A stretch of DNA of 64,000 nt. It comes from Bdellovibrionales bacterium. GTDB lineage: Bacteria > Bdellovibrionota > UBA1018 > CAIMNF01. Shown here piece after piece: positions 41,854-51,517 of the stretch. Below the pieces are notes generated by a model. That model did no database searches, was not told the DNA's origin, and worked only from the letters and a program-made list of their open reading frames with translations. The stretch's first letter is position 1. Every line of letters begins with the position of its first letter. Location of the stretch: assembly GCA_040380025.1 (NCBI GenBank), contig JBEIJY010000006.1:37608-101607 (forward strand). Direction: 5' to 3'. The position numbers were made by a program, and so were the translations under genes.

Positions 41854-44679
41854 ATGGCAAAAACTTATGTGATCCGCTTTCGGGACGGACGTGACAGTTC
41901 GCCGCTGAATGAGGATGAGATCCGAAAGCGAATTCTGAACGGGGAGCTGAACGGAAGCGATGAACTTTCGGTGTTCCCCTCCGGTCTGGTGCTGAAGGTC
42001 AGTGATCTTCCCGAGTTTCACAATCCGTTCGAGGCCGACGAGCCGACGAGACTCTCGGCCGCTGCGGGGGCCCTGCCCGAGAATCAAAAGACCGCGATCC
42101 TCGATCGAAATGCACTGAAGGAGGAGGCCGCGAGTCCCGCGCCCCTTGCGCCGAAGGCGCCCGTACCGGTTCCGATGGATGATTTCTCGGCGCCCGAGAT
42201 CCGGAGCGAGAAAACCCGGGTCATCGAGCGGCCCAAAGGCCTTCTTCCTCCCGATCCGCCCAAAAAAGGGCTCCGCGCGCTCATTCCGAACAAGAACTTT
42301 CTGGTTCTCTTGCTTCTTCTGATCGTGCTCTACGAGATGAACGAGGACGACGAAGAGGAGGCCGCGCGGGCCGCGCGGGCAGCACAGCCGAAGGTGGTCA
42401 TGGTGAAGATCCGGCCCAAGCTCCCGGCGGCAGCGGGGGGCGCGATCGAGCCGAAACTGAGCGTGAAGCTCTATGAATCGGCGCTTTCGAGTTACGCGCT
42501 CGACACCGTGAAGGGCTATCAGATCGCGGCCGAATTGTTCCACAAGTCCCTGCGGGCCGATCCCGGGAACGTGAAGGCGCTGGCCCTTCTGGCCTCGTGT
42601 TATCTGAATCTGATCGAGTCTTCGAACAAGGACGAAAAAACCTATTCGGTGATCAACAAGCTGATCGAGCTCTCGAAGGCGCGACAAATCGACCTGATCG
42701 AGACGGTCATCGCCGAGGCGGAGTTCCTCGCCGCGCAGAATCGGTTGGAGGCCGCGATTCAAAGGCTCACCGAATATGTGCGAAACACCGGGAAGTTCGA
42801 TCCGGCGGTGAATTACTATCTCGGGTGGTTGTCTTACCTGAAAGGCGATTCCGCCGCCGCCGCGAAACATCTCGAAATGATCGTGCAGGGAGGGTTCCCC
42901 TCGCCCTTGCTTCCGCATCTTCGCGGTCTTTTGTGGGAAGAGCGAAAAGACTGGGTGCAGGCCGAGGCCGAATACACGCGCGCGCTCACGATCTCGCCCC
43001 GCCATGCCAAATCGATCCTGGGGCTGATCCGCATCAGCGAGCACAAGGGCGAGCTGAAGGCCCGAAAACGGCAGATCGAGTTTTTGCTTGCGAACGCAAG
43101 CGAGCAAAGTCCCGCGGAGCACATTCGGACGCTCATTTATGCCTCGAAGCTCGCGCTCCTCGAAAAGAAACCCAAGGCATCGGTCGACTTCCTCGAGAGG
43201 GCCACCCGGATCGATCCGCGGGACGAGGCTCTCCGCCTGGAATACTACTCGCTTCTTTCGAGTCTCGAGAAGGACGACCAGTACAAGAAGCTGGCGCGGA
43301 TGTATGCGTTTGTTCTCGATGCCGAGCGGAAGCAACGCCAGGGGGAGCTCCACGAGGCCAAGGCGACCCTGTTGCAGGCGCGGGACCAGTATCCGGCTTC
43401 GACCGTGCCACTCGAGAAGATGGGGGATCTGTTCTTCAAGTCGGGCGAGTTCAGTCGCGCGTATGATCAATACAAAAAAGCCCTCGATCTCGACCCGAAG
43501 CAAGCACCGATCGCCGTGAAGGCGATCGATGCCCTGATCCGGAACAAGGAAATCGAAGAAGCATCGAAGTTGATCGCGAAATACCGGACCCATCCCAAGC
43601 TGAAGAGCAGTGTCGACCGACTTGCGGGGGACCTCGCCTACGATCAAGGGGATTTCGAGAATGCGGCGTTGTTGTACCAGAAGGCCATGTCACGGGACTC
43701 GATTGATCCCGAGGTGTATTCGTCGTATGCGAATCTGCTTCGGGAGGCGGATCAATGCCGGGATGCGCAGTTTTTTTATGCGCTCGCACGCCGGCTGGAC
43801 CCGATGAATGCGAGTGCGATTCTCGGGAACGCAAAGTGCATTCTGAAGACCGACGGCGTTTCGGCCGCGGTATCAGCGGTGCAGGAGGAGTTGGCCCGTC
43901 TGCCGAAAGCCCGCCCCGATTTGATCGCGGGGATTGGCCGCCTGTACTGGATGGCTCAGGATGAGGCGAAGGCGATCCAGTTCGCAGAGAGTGCGCGGGA
44001 GCTCGATCCGGAACATCCCGATGCTTACCTTGTCGAGGCCGAGGTATATCTGCAACAGATGCTCTTTCGAAGAGAAATGAAGAAGCGCGCGCTCGAGTCG
44101 CTGAAGGCATACTCGGACCGGAAGAGCGCCGATCCGTATGGCTACTTGAAGCGATTCGAGTTGTTTCTTGCGGAATCGAACTTCGAGGCCGCCACCGAGG
44201 AGCTGAACCGGGTGTTTGAGGTGTCGCCGCGGTATCCCGGGCTCCATTACCGTCGAGGAGCCATGTACCGCAAAATGGGACGCCTGAAGGATGCGCTCTC
44301 GGAGCTTGATGCCGAGCTGAAGCTGAACCCCCGGATGGACGGGGCATGGGTCGAGCAAGGGGAGATCCTGATCCAGGAGGGCGATCTGGCCGAGGCGCTG
44401 AAGAGCCTCTCGAAGGCCATGGCGTTGAACCCCCAGAACATCAAGGCGCGCATCGGGGCCGGGTATGCGAACTACCTGAAGAAGCAGTATTCGAGCGCGA
44501 TCGCGCTTTATCAGTCGGCGCTCGCACTCGACAAGGGACGTCCCGAGATCTACAAAAAACTCGGACTTGCGTACCGCGAGAGCGGAGACAAGGCCGCGGC
44601 AAAGCGGTTCTTTCAGAACTACCTCGACCTCGCCCCCGATGCCTCCGATCGGGCCGAGATGGAGGGGTATTTGCGCTAA
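41854..44679 (+). CDS. GYF-like domain / Pro-rich linker / TM / long TPR-repeat protein
   Basis: N-terminal YVIR..G..SPL..DEI...I..G.L...D pattern, PAP-rich linker, one TM (FLVLLLLLIVL) and many TPRs. Confidence 0.8.
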   Translation: MAKTYVIRFRDGRDSSPLNEDEIRKRILNGELNGSDELSVFPSGLVLKVSDLPEFHNPFEADEPTRLSAAAGALPENQKTAILDRNALKEEAASPAPLAPKAPVPVPMDDFSAPEIRSEKTRVIERPKGLLPPDPPKKGLRALIPNKNFLVLLLLLIVLYEMNEDDEEEAARAARAAQPKVVMVKIRPKLPAAAGGAIEPKLSVKLYESALSSYALDTVKGYQIAAELFHKSLRADPGNVKALALLASCYLNLIESSNKDEKTYSVINKLIELSKARQIDLIETVIAEAEFLAAQNRLEAAIQRLTEYVRNTGKFDPAVNYYLGWLSYLKGDSAAAAKHLEMIVQGGFPSPLLPHLRGLLWEERKDWVQAEAEYTRALTISPRHAKSILGLIRISEHKGELKARKRQIEFLLANASEQSPAEHIRTLIYASKLALLEKKPKASVDFLERATRIDPRDEALRLEYYSLLSSLEKDDQYKKLARMYAFVLDAERKQRQGELHEAKATLLQARDQYPASTVPLEKMGDLFFKSGEFSRAYDQYKKALDLDPKQAPIAVKAIDALIRNKEIEEASKLIAKYRTHPKLKSSVDRLAGDLAYDQGDFENAALLYQKAMSRDSIDPEVYSSYANLLREADQCRDAQFFYALARRLDPMNASAILGNAKCILKTDGVSAAVSAVQEELARLPKARPDLIAGIGRLYWMAQDEAKAIQFAESARELDPEHPDAYLVEAEVYLQQMLFRREMKKRALESLKAYSDRKSADPYGYLKRFELFLAESNFEAATEELNRVFEVSPRYPGLHYRRGAMYRKMGRLKDALSELDAELKLNPRMDGAWVEQGEILIQEGDLAEALKSLSKAMALNPQNIKARIGAGYANYLKKQYSSAIALYQSALALDKGRPEIYKKLGLAYRESGDKAAAKRFFQNYLDLAPDASDRAEMEGYLR

Positions 44680-44704
44680 AAAGCCCAATTCTTGATAAAA
44701 AAGA

Positions 44705-44733
44705 TATACATTTGTCCTGGTTTCGCGTATAAT
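44705..44733 (+). promoter_or_regulatory. Sigma70-type promoter for the S8 protease gene
   Basis: TATACA-17 bp-TATAAT, 25 nt upstream of ATG 44759. Confidence 0.55.
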
Positions 44734-44758
44734 GCGGGGCATTGCGAATGAGGGTTTT

Positions 44759-46123
44759 ATGCGAATTCGTACGCCGATTCTGATCAAATTCATGATGGTT
44801 CTCGTGGGGGTATCGCCGGCCGTCTGGACCGCTGGTTCCGCGCGGGCAGAAAATTGCGATCTGTTCCCGGTTCTTGAGCTTTCGGACCAGGTGAAGCTCG
44901 GGCTCCCCGAAGAGGGGAGGCAGGAACCCTTTCCCCAGCTCAATCCTAGCGCAAGCCACTTGTGGGCGCAGGAATTCATCGGAGGTGATCTCGTTCGAGA
45001 ACGGTTGATTGCGAAGAAGTACGAGACGTCGATTGCGGAGATGCACAAAAAGCTCATCGCTTGGGATACCTCCGAAAACGATCATGGGATCAAGGTGGCA
45101 AACCTCATGATGGGTCCCACGGGAGCAAGTATGATCCCGTACAGCGTGCCCGCAGGAATCCGGGAGATCACCGCTACAGACGGTCTTGACCGAGCGTTGA
45201 ACGAGGTACTCGACATTCCGAAGAGAGTCGAAAGTCGGATCGTTAACTTTTCTTGTTTGATCCCCGCTCGGGTGGAGCCGCCGGACGCGCTTAGAGAAAT
45301 GATTCTTGTTTCGGGCGCCGGAAATGAAAACGCGACTTTGGCGCAGGGGAATCCATTCGCCTTTGAACTGAATCAGGATAAGAATCGAATCATTCTGGTT
45401 GCATCCATGGAATTCAACACATCGAGACGATGGAAGACTTCGGATTATTTGGGAAGTAACTTCGGAGAGGGCATCACAATCACCGCGCCCGGTGATTTGA
45501 TGGTTTTGAGTGCCGGAAAGAGCGGAAATTACTCAAGGTTTGGTGGAACCAGTGCCGCGACCGCCATGGTTTCGGCCGCTTTGGCTGTATTCGAGATCAT
45601 CTCAGGGTATGAGCTGAGTCTGGATGAGGCAATCCGATTGCTTCAGAAGACCGCCCTGCCCCATGTAGACAAGGAAACTCAGGGGATGGGAGCGGGAACA
45701 TTGAATGCCTACAAGATTTCGGAGCTTGCAAGTCGCTGGCGCGGGGCCTGTGCGAAAGCGGCTCAACCGAGGGCGTGCATCAAAGGCAAACTTGCGGATG
45801 ATGCGGCTTATGAAATCCTCGTTGATTTTCAGGAGCTTTTGAAGAACGGAAGAATCATCAACCCGAGTTGTATCGATGCACGCAATGCAAAGCCGCAAAA
45901 CCCCGCACCTACCTGCAAACAAAAGCAGGACGCATTCAAGGCCCTCCGGCGGGATGCGCATCTTGCGGTGATTTCAATCCAACACTGGAATGTGTTGGTT
46001 TGCATCACGTCCCAACTACCGAACGCGATCCCGCACAACATTTTTTACTACGGGCTTTCTGTCAGAAACCAGGCGGACCACGAAGAGAGAATGAAAATAC
46101 AGAAGGCGAACCAAAAGAATTAG
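44759..46123 (+). CDS. Secreted S8 (subtilisin-like) serine protease 1
   Basis: Signal peptide, WAQE motif, WD...DHG, GAGNE, FGGTSAA and a Cys-rich C-terminal domain. Confidence 0.85.
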   Translation: MRIRTPILIKFMMVLVGVSPAVWTAGSARAENCDLFPVLELSDQVKLGLPEEGRQEPFPQLNPSASHLWAQEFIGGDLVRERLIAKKYETSIAEMHKKLIAWDTSENDHGIKVANLMMGPTGASMIPYSVPAGIREITATDGLDRALNEVLDIPKRVESRIVNFSCLIPARVEPPDALREMILVSGAGNENATLAQGNPFAFELNQDKNRIILVASMEFNTSRRWKTSDYLGSNFGEGITITAPGDLMVLSAGKSGNYSRFGGTSAATAMVSAALAVFEIISGYELSLDEAIRLLQKTALPHVDKETQGMGAGTLNAYKISELASRWRGACAKAAQPRACIKGKLADDAAYEILVDFQELLKNGRIINPSCIDARNAKPQNPAPTCKQKQDAFKALRRDAHLAVISIQHWNVLVCITSQLPNAIPHNIFYYGLSVRNQADHEERMKIQKANQKN

Positions 46124-46157
46124 GAAGTGCTTTCTTGGTGCGGGATCGGTCGCGAAA

Positions 46158-46520
46158 TCATTCCGCCTTTTTGTTCAAAAGCAGTCCCTTCGAGGCGGAG
46201 GGATGATCCTGCCGGTCTTGGTACTGCCGGCCGGGTTTCTGCGGGCCGGCCGCGCGCGGAGAACTCGCCGTGCGTTTCGACTCGTAGTGCATTCGCATCA
46301 CTTCGCCCAACCCGATCTGATCGGCCCGAATGGACGGAGGAACCTCGCTTCGAGACTCCGGTGTGGATTCTTCTTCTTCGGCAATCTCTTCTTTTGGCTC
46401 CTGATCCGGAGGCTTCTCGTAGGCAACACTCCCCCCTTGGCTGCTGCCGGGGTCATTTTCGGCAGGCTTGGTCTGCGAGACGACCAGCTGAAGCTCGGGT
46501 CGATTCACTTTGGGGATCAA
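46158..46520 (-). CDS. Hypothetical acidic/disordered protein
   Basis: TTG start after a GGAGG SD (46528-46532); ends KGLLLNKKAE. Confidence 0.55.
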   Translation of the reverse strand: MIPKVNRPELQLVVSQTKPAENDPGSSQGGSVAYEKPPDQEPKEEIAEEEESTPESRSEVPPSIRADQIGLGEVMRMHYESKRTASSPRAAGPQKPGRQYQDRQDHPSASKGLLLNKKAE

Positions 46521-46583
46521 GCAGTTACCTCCAAATAATAGATTACCATAACGGTCAGGATTTGAACAGCCCCCAGAAACCCA

Positions 46584-46612
46584 TTGCAAAACAAAGCGGT
46601 CAAGTTTATAAA
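46584..46612 (+). promoter_or_regulatory. Sigma70-type promoter for the spt-ruvC unit
   Basis: TTGCAA-17 bp-TATAAA upstream of SD AAGGA and ATG 46636. Confidence 0.55.
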
Positions 46613-46635
46613 CGCTTGAATTTGGAAGGAATTTT

Positions 46636-47901
46636 ATGAGCCAATCCCACGACCTGTTCTCAAAATGCTACAAGTTTGAAGACGCAAAGAAACTGCAGGC
46701 GATGGGGCTCTACCCCTATTTTCGGGCGATCACGGCCTCGACCGGCAATAACGTCGTCACCGGCGGAAAGCGCCAGGTGATGATCGGCTCGAACAACTAT
46801 CTCGGACTCACGCACGACCCGCGGGTCATGGAAGCCGCAAAGCAGGCGATCGATCATTACGGCACGGGTTGCACGGGCTCGCGCTTTTTGAACGGGAACC
46901 TCGACCTCCACGAACAGCTCGAAGACCGCCTGGCCCGCTTTGTGGGCAAAGAGGCGGCGCTTTGTTTTTCGACCGGCTTTTTCGTGAATCAGGGAACGCT
47001 CGGAGCCCTGGTCGGCCGGAGTGACGTGATTTACAGCGATCGCGAGAACCATGCCTCGATCGTCGAGGGAACGCAAGTCGCACTCGGAGACACGATTCGG
47101 TTTCGGCACAATGACCTCGAGGACCTCGAGCGCGTGCTGAAGAACACCCGCGAAAAATACGATGGCGCCATGATCATCGCCGACGGCGTGTTCTCGATGT
47201 CGGGAGATATTTTGAACCTTCCCGGAGTGATCGAGCTCGCCAAAAAATACAACTGCAAGGTGTATGTCGACGATGCGCACTCGCTTGGAGTTCTTGGCCC
47301 CAAGGGCGAGGGAACGGGCCAGCATTTCGGATTGCACCAAGAAGTCGACCTCGTCATGGGCACGTTCTCGAAGTCCTTCGCTTCGATCGGCGGCTTCATC
47401 GCAGGAACCAAAGATGTCGTCCACTACATCAAGCACAAGGCGCGGCCCTTCATGTTCTCGGCCGCGATGTCCCCCGCCGCAACCGCCACAGTGCTGAAGT
47501 GCCTCGAGATCATGGAGACCGAGCCCGAGCATCTGCAGAATCTTCGTAAAAACGCCGAGTACATGAGCCAGAACCTGCGAGCCATGGGCTTCAATACCCT
47601 GAACAGCCGCACGCCGATCATTCCCCTGTTGATCGGCGATGATGCCGCCTCGTTTGCGATGACCCAAAAGCTCTGTGCCGAGGGCGTGTTCGTGACCCCG
47701 GTGGTGCGCCCTGCGGTCCCTGAAGGCTGTTCGCTCATTCGCACAAGCTACATGGCCTCGCACACCCGCGAGGATCTCGACTACGCTCTTGAGCATCTCG
47801 AAAAAATCGGAAAAGAATTCGGAGTCCTCGGCAACGCCGAGAACAAGGCGCGGCTTGAGCGGCTCGCCACCGAGCACTTCGGCGCCCACGCCGCACTATG
47901 A
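46636..47901 (+). CDS. Alpha-oxoamine synthase, probable serine palmitoyltransferase
   Basis: LYPYFR, GSNNYLGL, GSRFLNG, DDAH and PLP-Lys motif GTFSKS. Confidence 0.8.
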   Translation: MSQSHDLFSKCYKFEDAKKLQAMGLYPYFRAITASTGNNVVTGGKRQVMIGSNNYLGLTHDPRVMEAAKQAIDHYGTGCTGSRFLNGNLDLHEQLEDRLARFVGKEAALCFSTGFFVNQGTLGALVGRSDVIYSDRENHASIVEGTQVALGDTIRFRHNDLEDLERVLKNTREKYDGAMIIADGVFSMSGDILNLPGVIELAKKYNCKVYVDDAHSLGVLGPKGEGTGQHFGLHQEVDLVMGTFSKSFASIGGFIAGTKDVVHYIKHKARPFMFSAAMSPAATATVLKCLEIMETEPEHLQNLRKNAEYMSQNLRAMGFNTLNSRTPIIPLLIGDDAASFAMTQKLCAEGVFVTPVVRPAVPEGCSLIRTSYMASHTREDLDYALEHLEKIGKEFGVLGNAENKARLERLATEHFGAHAAL

Positions 47902-48494
47902 TCATTCTCGGGGTCGATCCGGGATCGCGCTTGTTAGGCTACGGACTGGTCGAGAAGACCGGAAACTGCATTCGCGTCATCGACCACGGAACGATCGAGC
48001 TCTATCATAAAGAATACCGCGACATTCCGGTCGACGAGACCACCCCTTCCCGCTTGCGCGAGATTCACGAAAAGCTCGGGCTGGTGATTCGCGAGCATCG
48101 CCCCCATGCGGTTGCGGTCGAGAAGGTGTTTTTTGCCAAGAACGCGATCTCGGCGCTGAAGCTCGGCCAGGCCCGCGGAGTGGTGCTCCTGACCGCGGCC
48201 ATTCATGATCTTGAGATTTACGAATACAGCGTCACCGAGGTGAAGAGCATGATCACAGGCCACGGCAGGGCCGACAAAGAGCAGGTCGCAAAGATGCTGG
48301 GGCTCATGCTGGGGGCGACTGATTTTGCCACCTTTGATGCCTCCGATGCGCTGGCGCTCGCCGTGGCGCATGCGATCGGATCCAAACACTCCGACATTCC
48401 CGCCCTGCCGCCCAAAAAAGCCGGAGCCGGGTCATTGAAGGCCGTTGCCGAAGCGCGAATGAGTCAAAGCCGCAAAAAGCCATCACAAAAGTAA
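47898..48494 (+). CDS. ruvC: Holliday junction resolvase
   Basis: ILGVDPG, AVEKVF, LGQARG and DASDALA motifs. Confidence 0.96.
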   Translation: MIILGVDPGSRLLGYGLVEKTGNCIRVIDHGTIELYHKEYRDIPVDETTPSRLREIHEKLGLVIREHRPHAVAVEKVFFAKNAISALKLGQARGVVLLTAAIHDLEIYEYSVTEVKSMITGHGRADKEQVAKMLGLMLGATDFATFDASDALALAVAHAIGSKHSDIPALPPKKAGAGSLKAVAEARMSQSRKKPSQK

Positions 48495-48554
48495 CGAAAA
48501 TCACGCGATGAATGAGGCGTTGAAAACTCCCCCCGTTCGCGCCATGATCGAACC

Positions 48555-49223
48555 ATGCTGGCGTATCTTCAGGGAGTGATCAAAGAGCGGAACCACGGCG
48601 AGATGATCGTGTTGATTGGCGCCGAGAGTTCCGGGTTCACAGGGTATCAGGTCAAGACCCCCGAGCATCCCCGGTATGATGCCTACCTGCCCGGCGAGCG
48701 CGCCGAGGTGTATCTGTACACCCATGTTCGAGAGGACGCCTTTGACCTGTACGGGTTTTTGAGTTCGAGCGAGAAGACCTTTTTTACCACGCTTCTCTCG
48801 GTCTCGGGCGTGGGGCCGAAGCTCGCGCTCTCGCTCCTCTCGCACCATGATGACTCTGCCCTGATCGAGATGATCCTGACCGAAGACAAAGCCGCGCTCA
48901 CCGACATTTCGGGCGTGGGTAAAAAGACCGCCGAGCGGATCGTGCTCGAGCTAAAAGACGTGATCGAAAAGAAAATCGCGGCCGGCATCTTTAGGAGGGC
49001 CCAAAATCCTTCGAAGGCACTGCAGGGAGCAAGCGCCACTTCGGCTGGTGTGGCAGGATTGGGCCGCGCGCATCCGCTTTTTATTGAGGCCTATCTTGCG
49101 CTTCAGGGGTTGGGCTTCAAGGAAATCCAGGCAAAGCAAATGGTCGAGGCGGCGTTCAAAAAACAAGCGGGAATCACGCGCGTCGAGGAAGTGGTAAAAA
49201 TCGCACTCCAAGGGGGAATCTGA
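48555..49223 (+). CDS. ruvA: Holliday junction branch migration protein A
   Basis: HVREDA..LYGF, VSGVGPK and GVGKKTAERIVLEL motifs. Confidence 0.96.
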   Translation: MLAYLQGVIKERNHGEMIVLIGAESSGFTGYQVKTPEHPRYDAYLPGERAEVYLYTHVREDAFDLYGFLSSSEKTFFTTLLSVSGVGPKLALSLLSHHDDSALIEMILTEDKAALTDISGVGKKTAERIVLELKDVIEKKIAAGIFRRAQNPSKALQGASATSAGVAGLGRAHPLFIEAYLALQGLGFKEIQAKQMVEAAFKKQAGITRVEEVVKIALQGGI

Positions 49224-49226
49224 TTC

Positions 49227-50249
49227 ATGGAAACCCGCGAGCTGAGCCCCCATGCAAACGCCGAGGGCACCGAGATTCTGGCCGAACAGACCCTGCGTCC
49301 TCAGGTGCTCGACGAATATATTGGACAGGACGGAGTGCGCGAGAAGATCTCGCTCTTTATCGAGGCCGCGCGCCAGCGGGGCGATGCACTCGATCATGTG
49401 CTCCTGGCGGGGCCACCGGGCTTGGGCAAAACGACCCTTGCGCAGATCATCGCGCGCGAGATGGGCTCCGAGATTCATGTCGTGACCGGACCGACAGTCG
49501 AAAAAAAGGGCGATCTCGCGGCGGTGCTCACCAACCTGAAGCCCGGCGATGTGCTGTTCATCGACGAGATCCATCGCCTGCATATGGCGATCGAAGAGGT
49601 GCTCTACGGCGCGATGGAAGACTATAAGCTTGACCTCATCATCGGGCAGGGCCCGTCGGCGCGGACCATCCGCATTGATCTCCCGAAATTCACGCTGGTC
49701 GGGGCCACGACCCGATCGGGGCTTCTCTCGAGCCCGCTTCGGGGGCGCTTCGGGGTCGAGATGCGGCTTGATTTTTACCGGCCCGAGGAGCTTGCGCGCA
49801 TTGTGGTGCGCTCGGCGCAAATCCTGAATGTGGCGATTTCGCCCGAGGGCGCGCTCGAGATCGCCTCGCGCGCCCGGGGAACGCCCCGGATCGCAAACCG
49901 GCTCATTCGACGGGTGCGGGATTTCGCGCAGGTGAAGTTCCGGAAGGTTACCGATTTTACGATCGATCAAAAAACCGCGAACGAAGCGTTGAATCTGTTC
50001 GAGATCGACGGGCGCGGTCTTGATTCGATGGACCGGAAGCTACTCACCGCCATGATCGAAAAATTCGACGGAGGCCCGGTCGGAATCGAGACGCTCTCGA
50101 GCGTGGTGTCCGAAGAGCGCGACACGCTCGAGGATGTGTACGAGCCGTATCTGGTGCAAGAGGGCTTCATTCAGCGCACGCCGCGTGGCCGTGTGGCGAC
50201 AGCACTTGCTTTTCAGCACCTCGGGTTTCCGGCGAAAACGTCGCCGTAG
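49227..50249 (+). CDS. ruvB: Holliday junction branch migration ATPase
   Basis: [24 protein letters not shown] and RTPRGR motifs. Confidence 0.98.
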   Translation: METRELSPHANAEGTEILAEQTLRPQVLDEYIGQDGVREKISLFIEAARQRGDALDHVLLAGPPGLGKTTLAQIIAREMGSEIHVVTGPTVEKKGDLAAVLTNLKPGDVLFIDEIHRLHMAIEEVLYGAMEDYKLDLIIGQGPSARTIRIDLPKFTLVGATTRSGLLSSPLRGRFGVEMRLDFYRPEELARIVVRSAQILNVAISPEGALEIASRARGTPRIANRLIRRVRDFAQVKFRKVTDFTIDQKTANEALNLFEIDGRGLDSMDRKLLTAMIEKFDGGPVGIETLSSVVSEERDTLEDVYEPYLVQEGFIQRTPRGRVATALAFQHLGFPAKTSP

Positions 50250-50257
50250 GCTTTTTT

Positions 50258-51517
50258 CTACTTATTCAGGATGTACTCCATGATGTTCTCGGCGGTGGGT
50301 GCTTTGCCGTTCAGCAGGGGGGCATACAGGCCCTGCCAATGGTTCTTTTTCACCACGGACTCCCATTCCGAACGGAGTTTCGGATATTTCCTGACGACCC
50401 TTTCGAGCCATTCCTGGCATTTGGGCGTGGCTTGCAGGGATTCAGGCCTTTCAAAAACCTTCCCCATTACGGCCATGTCCCCGTGCTTGAGCTGTTGAAT
50501 CGTTCGCCCCATCCACCTTTCCCACTCGGGACTGAGAATGACCTCTGGCTTCGATAAGAAACCGTCCACCAGTTCCTTCGCGGCGCCATTCTGAGGGTTT
50601 TGTAGCCGGGTATCGATGAACTCGTTCGCGAGAGGGAGCCATTCCTGGGTTTTCAAAATGAATTCATTGCTCAGAATTTCAGAGGTTCCGTACGCCGAAG
50701 AGGGGTTCGGCATCTCTTTTCGGACCATGCGAATCCAATCCGTTTTTTCGAGATTCGTGGCGGCACGGATCAGGGGCCGGTGCCAGTTTTCTCCGCCCGC
50801 CGAGACCGAGAGTTCCATGAGTCTGTTCCAAGAGGGTGCCAACATCGCCGTGTAATTGCCGAGCACCTCATCATTCAAGCGAACACGACCTTCTGGAGAT
50901 CCGTTCCGGATCACCTGCTCGACCCAACTCTCCCAGGCAGGGTGGTTGATGATTTCCGGGTGATTCAGGATTTCAAGCGCAGGAAATTCCGGCTTTGTCT
51001 TTTCTGAAAACAACGCATTCATGACCCGCTCGAAGTTCGGGTGTTTCACCACGGCTTCGTTGTCCAAAAGGTACGCCCTGACGCCCGGGATCGGGGCGGC
51101 TTTGTGAAACTCGCGAAACCACGCTTCCCATTCGGGCCATTTCATCGACTCGGGATTCAAGAGGACAAAACTGTAAAAGAATTCCGGGGATGTTTCTTTT
51201 ACCCGAAGAGCCCATTCCTTGGATTTCTTGAATCTGAGTCCCTTGGGTTTGCTCAGAACGCCCGACGCGATCGCCTCGATCGCGTTGTCTGACCGCATCG
51301 CCTGCTCGACGAGCTCCTCGAAATCCTTTCGCTCCATCATGTGTTCTTCCGAAAGAACCGAATAGGCGACGGTCCACGCACCCTCATCCGTCTTCATGAT
51401 TTCTTTGCACCACTGCGACCAATCCGGGTGTTTCGAGGCCCCGATGGAACCGAGGACATGAGTTGCCAGCGTGATTTGATCCGTCTCGGAATTCATCGCC
51501 TGTTTTACCCCGGCCAT
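50258..51517 (-). CDS. Helical ~33-aa repeat protein; probable detached C-terminus of S8 protease 2
   Basis: About 11 imperfect VL..P....HP.W..W units; overlaps the 3' end of the S8 fragment out of frame. Confidence 0.65.
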   Translation of the reverse strand: MAGVKQAMNSETDQITLATHVLGSIGASKHPDWSQWCKEIMKTDEGAWTVAYSVLSEEHMMERKDFEELVEQAMRSDNAIEAIASGVLSKPKGLRFKKSKEWALRVKETSPEFFYSFVLLNPESMKWPEWEAWFREFHKAAPIPGVRAYLLDNEAVVKHPNFERVMNALFSEKTKPEFPALEILNHPEIINHPAWESWVEQVIRNGSPEGRVRLNDEVLGNYTAMLAPSWNRLMELSVSAGGENWHRPLIRAATNLEKTDWIRMVRKEMPNPSSAYGTSEILSNEFILKTQEWLPLANEFIDTRLQNPQNGAAKELVDGFLSKPEVILSPEWERWMGRTIQQLKHGDMAVMGKVFERPESLQATPKCQEWLERVVRKYPKLRSEWESVVKKNHWQGLYAPLLNGKAPTAENIMEYILNK

